Below are positions 53,839 through 64,000 of a stretch of DNA of 64,000 bases, piece by piece. How positions within the stretch are numbered: position 1 is the stretch's first letter; each line of letters begins with the position of its first letter. The DNA comes from Paramecium tetraurelia (Eukaryota). A program made the position numbers and the translations under genes. The notes beneath the pieces are model-generated. The model did no database searches. It was not told the DNA's origin and saw only the letters and a program-made list of their open reading frames with translations. The stretch lies in the NCBI GenBank assembly GCA_000165425.1, contig CT868492.1, positions 1 through 64,000 of the forward strand. The letters are read 5' to 3'.

Positions 53839-54828
53839 TCACATAAAAGGCTAAGGTCGTGTTGCCTGACCTAGATTTAACATTACTTTCAATCTATCAT
53901 TTTCATCCCTCAACCTCTTGATTTCTGATTCCAAGTTGTTCGAATTTTCTAAATAATATATCTTAATTCTTACATAAATTTGTTGAATTGACAACAACCC
54001 TTTGAATTGGCTAGATTTACTACTATTACTGATGCTAGAATTAAACTTAAAGAGCTTCAATCTATTATTTCAGGTGACTGTTCTCAGCTTCTAAATCAGC
54101 AGCTGTTTTAAGTACATACTCTAATTCATCAAAACCTTTTCTAAAATATTATTTTATCTAAATTACCTTAGATTGTCTAATTCTTATTTCAATCTATGAT
54201 TCTCTTTCTAAACAATATCTGCCTATCTCATTATATCTTCTACGCTGCTTTTAGATAACTTTAAACTATCCAATTCAGTTCTCAATTGTCTATTCTCCTT
54301 TTCCAATTGATTCCTATCTGATATAAATCTGGCTGTCAACTCCCTTATCTCCCTATCTATAGAGATCCTCCTTTGTAATTCTTTCTAATAGCGTTAATCT
54401 TCACTTTCTTTTTCTCTGTTAACGCATTTCACTCTCCATTATTCGCTCTCGTATTGTAGTTAAGCAATCTTTTTCTCATAATCTCCTATTTTATTTCTCA
54501 ATTAAATTAATTCTCCTTCAATTAAGTCCACTCCCTTAAATTTTAATTCATTCTAATTCACATATTCTCCAATCCTTCCATTCTCTTCTCTCAATCTGTC
54601 GTTTTCCACTGATAACAAGAACGCTACCATGTAGACATCTTCTCCTAACCAAGGTTTCATCGGTGGTTATCCTCCTTGCATCTCTTGAAAATTGGGTCTC
54701 TCCTCAATCACTCTAGCTTGAATATGTTACTATTGGAATCTCATTTTCTGATCAAAGTGAGCTTAATTCAAATTAGGAGGAAGTTCCCTTGATGGTGGAG
54801 GCAATTATCGATATTGTTAAACTAGCAT
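53839..54828 (-). CDS. Coiled-coil protein
   Basis: MLVQQYRQLPPP..AFLLSVENDRLREEN..EIKRLRDENDRLK..QPFM*; two introns. Confidence 0.7.
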
Positions 54829-55273
54829 TTTTGACGGTTAATTAATAAATAAATAAATTGCGGAAGAATAAATTCATTAAATTAAATTATGTTCAATAGT
54901 TAGATAAATTAAGACCAGAAAGGATATGAAAAAATATTATTCAAAAAAAGCATAAGATATTTTTATAGAGTTATTGATATTTTTAATTTAAAAAAAATAG
55001 ATACTTTTTAGATCTATGAAATACTTTATAAGTTAAATTCATTAAAGAAAATATAATTATTTTAGGAATATTAAAAATCCATGTAAGATAACTTTATTTC
55101 CTCTTAAACATTAAATTATTTTAAGCAATTAAATTATGTGATATAATTAATAGTTACTTGATAGTAATACCAAGGAGAGATGTTTTTTTGAAGTTGTTAG
55201 TTATTTTAATGTATTAGATGACCCCAAATGAGGACTAATTGAATTTATTTATTTGAAATATATTTTAATTATT

Positions 55274-55937
55274 ATGGGTGTGTGTTGTAGCAATAAGAAT
55301 TAAAGGAGTCGTTAACATGATTATGGTGTCTTGTCACCTACAAATAGATAAGCAGAGTAGGACGAATATTAAGAATTAAGTGTAGAAATCAAAGAGATTT
55401 TAGAAATGTATTTGAATTACGAAAAGAATTCTCCGCAAAATAAAAATTTGGGAGAATCAAATCAATTGAAACATAGTTTGGAACAGCCCAATACTCCCTA
55501 TTTTAAGAATTCTCATGACTCTGATGATAAATTTTTGTAATTGAAATAAGCAAAACAAGTTGAAGAATTAGTAAATGAAATTAAGATTTAGGAAGCGTTC
55601 TTCTCATAAGAATAGCGAAAAGTTACCTCCTGTATGGGAAGAAAATGAACAGTAGAATTAGCATAGCTAATCGAAGCATCCTACATTTTAACACTATTGT
55701 CTAATATGTCATCAGGATCACGTTTGGACTCACTCTTGCAATTCAAAGTTGGTGTATAATGATGATAATATGATAGTATGTGAGAAATGCAAATTCAAAT
55801 AAAAAATTACTGAATACGAGTTTATTTGTGAAAAGACATAATAAAAGTTTAAGATTCACAACAGAGTAGATAAAGGATTTAGAATTTTGAAATACATTTT
55901 CAATACACATTTTATATATCAAATAATATAGTTATGA
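55274..55937 (+). CDS. N-acylation-motif protein with C-terminal Cys/His Zn-binding motif
   Basis: Starts MGVCCS. After a probable 25-nt intron (55571-95) reads CLICHQDHVWTHSCNSKL..IVCEKC..FIC. The 3' end is uncertain. Confidence 0.6.
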
Positions 55938-56617
55938 TAAAACAAAAGTCCACAGGTAGAAGTTACAAAGTTGTCTTTCTTGGAGAAAACAAAGTTGGCA
56001 AGACATCAATAATAACACGATACTTCTATAATACCTTCTCAGAAAAGACTGAAGTTACTGTCTGTGACTTTTGCAAATATAAGACCATTCAGACGAAAAA
56101 TGGATCTATTGAACTGGCAGTTTGGGTAAGGTTCATATTAATTGCATTCAGGACACAGCCGGCTAAGAGAAATATCATGCCTTGGCACCTATTTATTATA
56201 GAAAAGCGGATGCTGCAATAATAGTATATAATATTACAGTCCAACAAACATTTCAGAATGTTCGTTTATGGATTCAAGAATTATAGTAATTTTCGCAAAA
56301 TGCCAATATTATACCAGTTATAGTGGGAAACAAAGATGATTTGCACATGCATAGAGCTGTAGAATAGTCATGTATAATATGTCAACTCACAATTAATAGA
56401 GGTTGATGAATTGTGTAATCAATATAATGCAAAGCATTTTTAGGTTTCAGCTAAATCTGATAAGGGAATAACAGAAATCTTTGATTATATTGCAGATGGT
56501 AAATAAACATATGTTAGGTTAGAGTTGATAAAGTCTGTAAAATAACCAAATGAAACGACTAATTTTTAGGAAGGAAACAAGAAATAGACATAAAAGGAGG
56601 GCGGAAGATATTGCTGA
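55934..56617 (+). CDS. Rab-family small GTPase (Rab21/Rab5-like)
   Basis: KVVFLGENKVGKTS, VW[intron]DTAGQEKYHALAPIYYR, VGNKDDL, VSAK, C-terminal Cys. Confidence 0.92.
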
Positions 56618-56639
56618 TTAATGTTTGTGCTAGTTTTAA

Positions 56640-58284
56640 TCATAATCTTTTTCTTAAATTATTTTACGTCATGACAAAATTGATTTCAGGGTATACTTTA
56701 CTTTACGTAGTTCTTTCCCATTCTAGATATTCACTTTCATATTGAAAGGATTTATCAGTCTCAGATTGCTTAATTAATTTTTTGTTTTTCAACTGTTCTT
56801 CAATTATTTTTTGCATTTCCTCTAAATATTCAATTATTATTTATACAAATTTTTTATTCTTTGTCCCTCTTCATCTCCTCCTTAGATTACAATTTGGTTT
56901 CTGGTAATTCGTCATATTTAGATTTAACTGTTTCTCCCTTTTAAGTATTCTCAGCATATTCAACTCTAGGATCAGCCTTAAATGAAATAAATTTATGAGG
57001 ATTTTCTACTTTGTTTTCAGTAATCTCCTAAAATTGAGGTTCCTTCTATTTTAAGTCCTCAGAAACATTAGAAACTAAAGGAATATTAAAATACTTACGT
57101 TTTAATAATTCATCTCTAACATCTGAATTTATTTTTTATTTTTTGTTTGTCTTTTCCCAATATTCATCTCTGTTCATAGATCTAAAAGCTGTAATCAATC
57201 TTCTATCATCTTCAATTTCTTTTTCAGTAGTTCCAGTGGAAATTACTTCTGGTTAATCTGTGTACAATAAGTACTTTTTAAGACCTGAGATTTCCTCTGA
57301 TTAGCTATTTAAGGTTGACTGTTTGGCTTTATTTAATTCTACATCTTCATGTGGATTATTAGTAATTTCCTTTTCCTCCTCTCTTTCTACTACTTCCACT
57401 GTGGAGTCATCATTCTCTTTGTATATGGAACGTTGATCTTCAACTTCCTTATTGAAAGAATACTCTTTGAAATTGTAAGTATCTTTGATCTTCTATTATG
57501 ATTAAATATAAGAGTCTTCTTGAACATGATTCAAAAATGTGAACACCCTGTTATTATTATCCTATACTTGATTAAGAGTATCCTCAATGGGTGAGAATTC
57601 CGATGCAGATTGATTATAAGTGTCTTCATTAGTGGAATCAATTTAAACTTAAAGGGTGTCTTCAGAACTCTAATTTAATTGTTACTAGACACTAACTTCT
57701 GTATTTGTTGAATCAATCTCATCGAATTGATCTTAGATTTAATTGAGATCAATTAATTTTTATTCATCATCTTGACTCTACAATTATATAGTCTATGGCT
57801 ACTGATTATTCTAATCTTGTTAAAATTATCTAATGCCATCTATAATCAAGGTGGAATCAGTTTCAGTTTGTTGATCCATTTGTTGATCCTCCTCTACTTT
57901 GAGAATCAGATCATCTAAGACTGTTGTGACTTATTCTGTGATTGTCTAGGATTACTACAATAATATGGTTTCATCTGAATATTCATCTCCCAATCTCTCC
58001 AACCAGTATTCCAGAGAGTGAACTTCACTCTATTCATCTGATTATTTAGTCTGATCTGCTTCGAGTGGTGGATTCATGAGTTGTTGTACTTGATTCTCTA
58101 TTTATTCAGTGATCGGTGTTTCTGAATATACGTCTAATTAGTCTACTAGATCCTATTTAATTATTCTCTATACCAAAATTGCATCTTGTTACACTTTGAT
58201 CACTTCTTCCATACCATCCCAATCATCGTTCAAGGAGAAGCTAAATGCATTCAAAACAAATAAAGTCAAAATGAAATATTTCAT
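56640..58284 (-). CDS. Secreted acidic (Asp/Glu/Gln-rich) protein
   Basis: Signal peptide MKYFILTLFVLNAFS; highly acidic body; ends NFVMTQNNLRKRL*. Confidence 0.75.
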
Positions 58285-58304
58285 AATTATAAAAACGAAT
58301 AAAT

Positions 58305-59998
58305 TCATTAGTAAATAGCTTAATCTTTAAGCGATCCTATCAATTACCTAAATAAGCATCAAATATTACCACATATTCTCATTATTTTAGTAACCCTTAA
58401 CTGGAAATGGACTAACTTTCTCCCTTGATATATTGAAGATCAAGTCAAGAGTCAAAATGTACGCATCATCTAACATTCTCGGAATCAGTTGAGCCAACAA
58501 AGGACTCGATTCTTCAATGCATGGATTTGTATTAACCTCTATCAAATATAGATTGAACTTTTCGTCCAAGAAATAATCAAATCCAAAGATTTCCATACAG
58601 TTTCTACGATTGTTCCTATTTATTTTGTTACCCACTGAACTCATTGCCAAAAAGGCAATCTCCTTCATCTTTTTAACAATGGTTTATCTGAAATCAATCT
58701 TATTCTTAAAGATCTTCTAAATCTGATCAAAGGATAATTGATTCCCTGCTTCTTGATCCCCGTATTTTTGACTATACTTTTGAATTGCATTATTTGTCAA
58801 GTGAATAAACAAGTTGTTTACATCATTAGTAACAAAGTCTTCAGACGCAGTCCTTATGTATCCTTCTCTATTATTTAATATTTATAGAATACTTGAAGAA
58901 ATAGCAATTCAATTCTTAATCAACCAGCACCCACACTCTGATATCAAATTTTCGATTGTTGATAAGCAACGGTTTTTCAATGTACTTCTATACTACAAAG
59001 GAAGGGGACTTGATAATGATTCCTTAATATATCTTCTCATTGGGAGTCTCAATATGCTTTTCACTTACTCCTGAGGTGTATTCAATGAGTAAATCAGTCA
59101 ACTGATCGAGGTTGTTAAAGACATTGATACCTCTGCCTCGGTTTAATCCTGTTGGTTTTAGGAGCCAGAGATAATCAGCTCCCAAAAAGGTATCTTTCAT
59201 TTGATAATCGATGAACTTCCTGTCTTTGCTGGGTGGAATTCTGAGTTTCTTTTTGATTTCCTACTTTTTGAGTAAGAGTTCGTCTTATGATATGGGATTG
59301 GGAGAGTATTGGTTGTAATAGTTGAGAAAGGCTAAAAGTTGGGACTCAATTTGGGAATCATTGAAATCAATAACGAAGGTGAGAGGAAGGATGTCAAATA
59401 CATTTCTGTGGATGGATTCACAAAAAGTGGTCATATTCAAGAGGAGATTCTTCTTGTTGCTTATTTCTTAGTGAAATTCAAAGTGATTGACTAAGGATCG
59501 ATGGGGATTGTAGGCATTCATTTTGTAATATTTGTAACCTATATTAGATTACTACCATCTAAAATGAACTCGTGTTGTACTTTTGCATTGATGCCATTCT
59601 CGTCTGGTGTCCATGATGCGTTTTATGAGTTCGTGGTTGTTGCCTCCACCTAAGAGATACGAATATTGGGGTTCAAGGATGGTGAAGGGAACTTTGTATA
59701 AGGGAATTTGTGATTGTCTTGGTTCGATGCGTGGAGGCTTGGGAAGGACCTTGATCGATTGTTGAGAGCGTCTGACGATTTGAGGAAGCGCATTTTGTCT
59801 TTGGCGTTATTGGTTGGATTTGTTGCGGATTTCTATTTGGTTCTGGATGAAGTGATCAGCGAGAGTCTTGGCTAGTTGTTGCAACGAACGATGACTGGTA
59901 ACCTTGTTCAAGGACTGGGCCAAGAAGTAGTTGAATTTGTCGGAGTCAAGACTCAGTTTTACTTTGTCAATCTATTTGTTTCTTGTGACCTCCATCAT
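58305..59998 (-). CDS. Tubulin-tyrosine-ligase-like protein (TTLL3/8/10 glycylase-like)
   Basis: VNHFEFHQEISNK, WLLKPTGLNRGRGI, VQKYIEKPLL..RKFDIRVW, HLTNNAIQK, EIFGFDY..LIEVNTNP. Confidence 0.93.
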
Positions 59999-60013
59999 TT
60001 TAATTAATTTATT

Positions 60014-60401
60014 ATGTAATGCAAGTCCCCAAAAGAGGCTTCTGTATGTAATAGTCTTTGTTGCAACAACCTGAATCAATGCTCCAAATATCAAAGTGAG
60101 TGCTCCATATACTCAGATGTACGTCATCAAATAAGTAGAATCATTGCATCAAATTGAATTGCGACACTTGCTGTTTGATCCAAGAAAGCTATCACTCCTG
60201 TGGAACATATGTGCAGTGTAGCAAATATTTCGACTTATTCTATTTGTGGTGTTTGATTATCCTGGCATTGTTGCTGGTGGTCTTGCTCATCATTAAATTG
60301 CGCACTAAGTAGAGATCACAATAATAAGGTTTATGACAGCTCGCCTCATACGAATTCATAAGGCATTTGCAAAGTTTAACAAAAAAACGACAATAATTTG
60401 A
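60014..60401 (+). CDS. Small Cys-rich single-pass membrane protein
   Basis: MQCKSPKEASVCNSLCCNNLNQC..C; CIKLNCDTCC..CG..QC; TM LFYLWCLIILALLLVVLLII; two 20-nt introns inferred. Confidence 0.6.
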
Positions 60402-60471
60402 TCAGAACCATAATTCTTAATAAATTGTAATATAACATCTCTTCGCAATTATTCACCATTAAATATTAATT

Positions 60472-61518
60472 ATGCAAAAAGCAGAAGAATAATACTAAAC
60501 TCTCTACAAACTCCAACCAGAACCAGTCACCACTCCAGAAATCAAAGGCTACGATTTCAATCAAGGAGTCGATTTCGATGCACTCCTAAAGTCTTATGCC
60601 AACTTCGGATTGCAAGCCACCTAATTAAGCACAGCAATCGATCTCATCAACAAAATGATTCATTGGCGAATGGGTCCAAACGAAGACAACGAAGACCCCA
60701 ACACTAGATGTACCATATTTTTAGGTTACACTAGTAATATGGTATCATCAGGCAATAGAGATATCATCAGATACTTGGCACAACATAAGATGATTGATGC
60801 CATTGTCACTACTGCTGGAGCCATAGAAGAAGATCTTATGAAATGCATCTCTACTTTTCACAAAGGAGATTGGTAAGCCAATGACAAAGAAATAAGATTA
60901 AAAGCTATTTGTCGTATTGGTAATATTTATGTTCCTGCTGCAAATTATGGAAAACTAGAAGATTGGCTTCTCCCAGTCTTTTAGGAAATGTATAAAGAAT
61001 AAAAAGAAAAAGGAACTATTTGGTCACCATCATCTATGATCAAAAGATTTGGAGAGAAAATCAATGATGAGAGATCAATTTATTATTGGTGTGCCAAAAA
61101 CAACATCCCTGTATATTGTCCTGCATTAACAGATGGAGCCATTGGAGACATGATGTTCTACTTCAATTATAAGGAAGAAGGATTTATTTGTGATATCCTA
61201 CAAGACGTTGTTGCATTAAACAAGAAAGCCATGTTTGCCAAGAAGTCAGGATTGATTATTCTTGGAGGAGGAGTCGTTAAACACCACATCATGAATGCAA
61301 ACATCTGGAGAAATGGAGCTGATTGGGCAGTATTTGTTAATACAGGTATCCAATATGATGGAAGTGATGCTGGAGCAAAACCATCAGAGGGAATCACTTG
61401 GGGCAAATTAAGAATTGATGCAGAATACGTCAAAGTATTTTCTGAAGCCACTCTTGTATTCCCATTAATTGTAGCATAGACCTTCGCTAAACATTTCTAA
61501 GAGGCCAAAAGAGTTTGA
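60472..61518 (+). CDS. DHPS: Deoxyhypusine synthase
   Basis: [60 protein letters not shown]; intronless 349 codons. Confidence 0.98.
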
Positions 61519-61555
61519 AATATAAATTGTTAATAAATATTATTTTCCATTATTA

Positions 61556-62320
61556 ATGAATTTCCCTTTGCCTGAAAATAGAATTGCTAATTATGCCAAA
61601 GTCTCCACCTTCCTATCACATCTTGTATGTCAGTCTTGCAAATCACTGTCTCTACAACAATTGATATGTCTAAAGTGTCATGAGAACTTTTGCTTTAAAT
61701 GCATTCCCTATGCAGAGGATCAGATACCTGAACCAATTGAAATAACCGTTCAAACCATTCTAATCAACAAGAATACTAAATATGTTTAGGATATTAATTA
61801 CAGAGGCTTCTGTCCTAACTGCGAAGTTGTGACTGTCCTAACATCTTAACTACCAAAAATGTTTCATAAATTATACACAAGTGTCAAATTCTCATGTCAA
61901 AACAGAGTCAACGGATGCCCTGAAGAACTCTGCTATCCTGATTTGAGGATTCATGAACAGAAATGTGGATTTAATACAATCACCTGTCCTAAACAAGAAT
62001 GTGGCTAACAGACATACAAAAAAGATTTCATCACTCATGTCTCCATATGCAACCCATCAACAGATTGCATTTGTGGCTCCACCAATCAACACGACTAATA
62101 AAAATGTCTCAGATTGCAATGTGAAACTCTCAAAAGTCAACTTAATACTCAAACCAAAGAATTATTACTACTCAAAGATGTTTAAACTACACTCTCCTAC
62201 TCCAGTCCCCAAAAGTAAATCAATAGAGTGGTTATCAATCAATCGCCTTATGTGGCTACATCCCCTTTCTCATTGCAAGGTTTACTACAATAATCGGCTC
62301 AAATTTTAAATGATGGATGA
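61556..62320 (+). CDS. RING-like + TRAF/SIAH-type zinc-finger protein
   Basis: CQSC..C.KCHENFCFKC..CPNC; CQNRVNGCPE..L.IHEQKC..CPKQEC..HVSIC. Confidence 0.8.
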
Positions 62321-62698
62321 ACTTATTTATTTATTGATGCATTTTATTCACTCAAAACTTAAATTTTACATTTTACATTTTATTTTTCATGTTATTGCTA
62401 TGCAAATTGCTTAATAAATTAATTAATTTACATGAATTTGTCTTTACAATAATGTGAATGTAATTATAATATCAAATTACTCAAAATCGATTGGACTAAG
62501 AATTATTAAATTTCTATTTAGAAAATTTGTTTATATTTTTCAATATAAGAAAGTCATTAAATATTTAATATTTAACTAAATAGTTTTTTACTTATTTTGT
62601 AACCAACAAATGCATAAATGAGATCTCGTTAGATTTCTTAATAAATATATTTTTGTTATTCATTCAAAAGGTGATTCGAATAGACATACAAGCAATTA

Positions 62699-63013
62699 AT
62701 GTGTTCTTATAAAGTCATAATAAATTAAAAAATGATGCGGGGCCCTAAATATTAACAGCAAAACATTCAGGAACTTTGCAGATCGAAATTTGATGACGAC
62801 GACGATCCAGAAATAGATCAGAATGTTAGGGTGGATAGATTTGGAAACCCAATCAATAAAAAATTAAAGTTTCGCATATGTTTTAGAGATGAAATACTTC
62901 CTTCTCAATAAGTGTTTGACATTCGCGTAGTTGAAAATTGGAAACTCTACAATCTGATGGAGGAAAAAGAGGAAGCTGATGCTTGCTGTAAACAATTTTG
63001 TTAGATTATATGA
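62699..63013 (+). CDS. Small protein with C-terminal CaaX (CQII)
   Basis: RVDRFGNPINKKLKFRICFRD..VVENWKLYN..ACCKQFCQII*. Confidence 0.7.
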
Positions 63014-63019
63014 AATTTA

Positions 63020-64000
63020 TCATTATAACACTTTTTCTGCCATTTAAGAGGGTAACAATTTATATAATATATCTACGCGATTCTGATATTTTGGATCAAG
63101 CGTCTCTCGTTGTTTGTTGGATAATAATTTCATCTAAGTCCTATATCCGTCATATTCTACTGGACTAGAAAATAAATGACTAACACGGTTCACTTATTCC
63201 CATACTGATTCTTTTTTCTGCTTCTCCAACAACTGAGGCTTCAGGTCAATCTAACAAGAATGCTGCTTCTGATTCTTCTGTATCTTCCCAATCCTTTTAA
63301 TTTCCTCCTTCATCCTCAATTGCTCATGGTGGTACTTATTGAAATTCACATCATCCTAATTGATTTTCAGTCTTTCGCCTATGATTTTTGATCGTTCGGA
63401 TAGTAATTGAGACTTCAAATTCACTACCTTCTCGATCTTATCCTCGATCTTTTACTGCAAGTCGGAATCAAAGACCAATGATTATGTTTTATTTCTAATT
63501 GAAATTTTCTATTTGAATGGTTTGCTAAGTTGGCTCTATTTTAGTCTCAATTTTTGCAATTTTTCACATTGCTTAGTAATCAACATTTGATATAGTTCGT
63601 TATCGAGTTGTTCTTTCTTGTTTTTCACTTCTTCAAGATTGGACTTTTAAAAATGCAGTTTCACTTCGGTCTTGAATTATTGAATTCTTTCTGTTGCTTT
63701 CTTTTCTAATGATGAATACATGGTTACCCTTGTCTTTTAATTTTTGGAACTGTTCTTCCTATTATTTCTCCTCCTATTGCAGAATTTGCTATCTTTTGAC
63801 AAGAAACTTTTCAGTCGAAGTTATAAAGAACTTCTCCTTGTTCTCATATTCACGTTGCGTTTCGCATCTTTTGAGTGACTATTCTGTTTTCAACAACTAG
63901 ACAGAAGGCTTTGATTGGATTGTAATTGGTTAAGAAGGTTGGGTTGGTAATTTGGATTTACGTTCTAAAATTTTATTCTTTTATTGATAATATTAAGCAA
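63020..64000 (-). CDS. Coiled-coil protein, 5'-truncated
   Basis: Glu/Lys/Gln-rich code-6 frame running off the window end; stop TGA at 63020-22. Confidence 0.6.

Noticed and set aside
1..64000. Widespread pseudogenisation suggested by in-frame TAA/TAG
   Set aside because: These codons are Gln in this organism, and the conserved proteins are intact
1..64000. Transposons, retained IESs, tRNA or rRNA genes
   Set aside because: I saw no transposase/RT motifs, terminal repeats, cloverleafs or rRNA-like GC-rich tracts. IES sites cannot be identified from macronuclear sequence alone.

Overview
This is very AT-rich, gene-dense eukaryotic DNA that reads as a ciliate macronuclear segment, most consistent with Paramecium. 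TAA/TAG encode Gln, TGA is the only stop, introns are tiny (about 20-32 nt, GT-AG), and many intergenic gaps are under 40 nt. The supplied standard-code ORF track is therefore mostly fragments or wrong-frame shadows. Re-reading in translation table 6 gives about 33 protein genes. These include a >3,400-aa Cys-rich single-pass surface protein (5'-truncated), a RAP-domain protein, two kinases, a WD40 protein, a DHHC palmitoyltransferase, a FAM183/CFAP144-like protein, a TBC RabGAP, ATE1, an H2A with a terminal SQ motif, peptide deformylase, a tandem Coa1/Tim21-like protein, a C2+DUF1765 protein, ATG8, a Zn-finger/VWA protein, a GH31 alpha-glucosidase, a Myb protein, a poly-ubiquitin-like-fold protein, DTD1, a Rab, a TTLL ligase, deoxyhypusine synthase and a TRAF-type Zn-finger protein. 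Four observations stand out. (1) A candidate box C/D snoRNA cluster in the 28.9-29.6 kb intergenic gap, with guides complementary to SSU rRNA. (2) Three head-to-head gene pairs whose ATGs are each exactly 15 nt apart. (3) A +1 frame break at an A-run/TGA inside the giant surface gene. (4) Bacterial-adhesin-like repeats in that same protein. All boundaries were derived by hand; no database searches were run.
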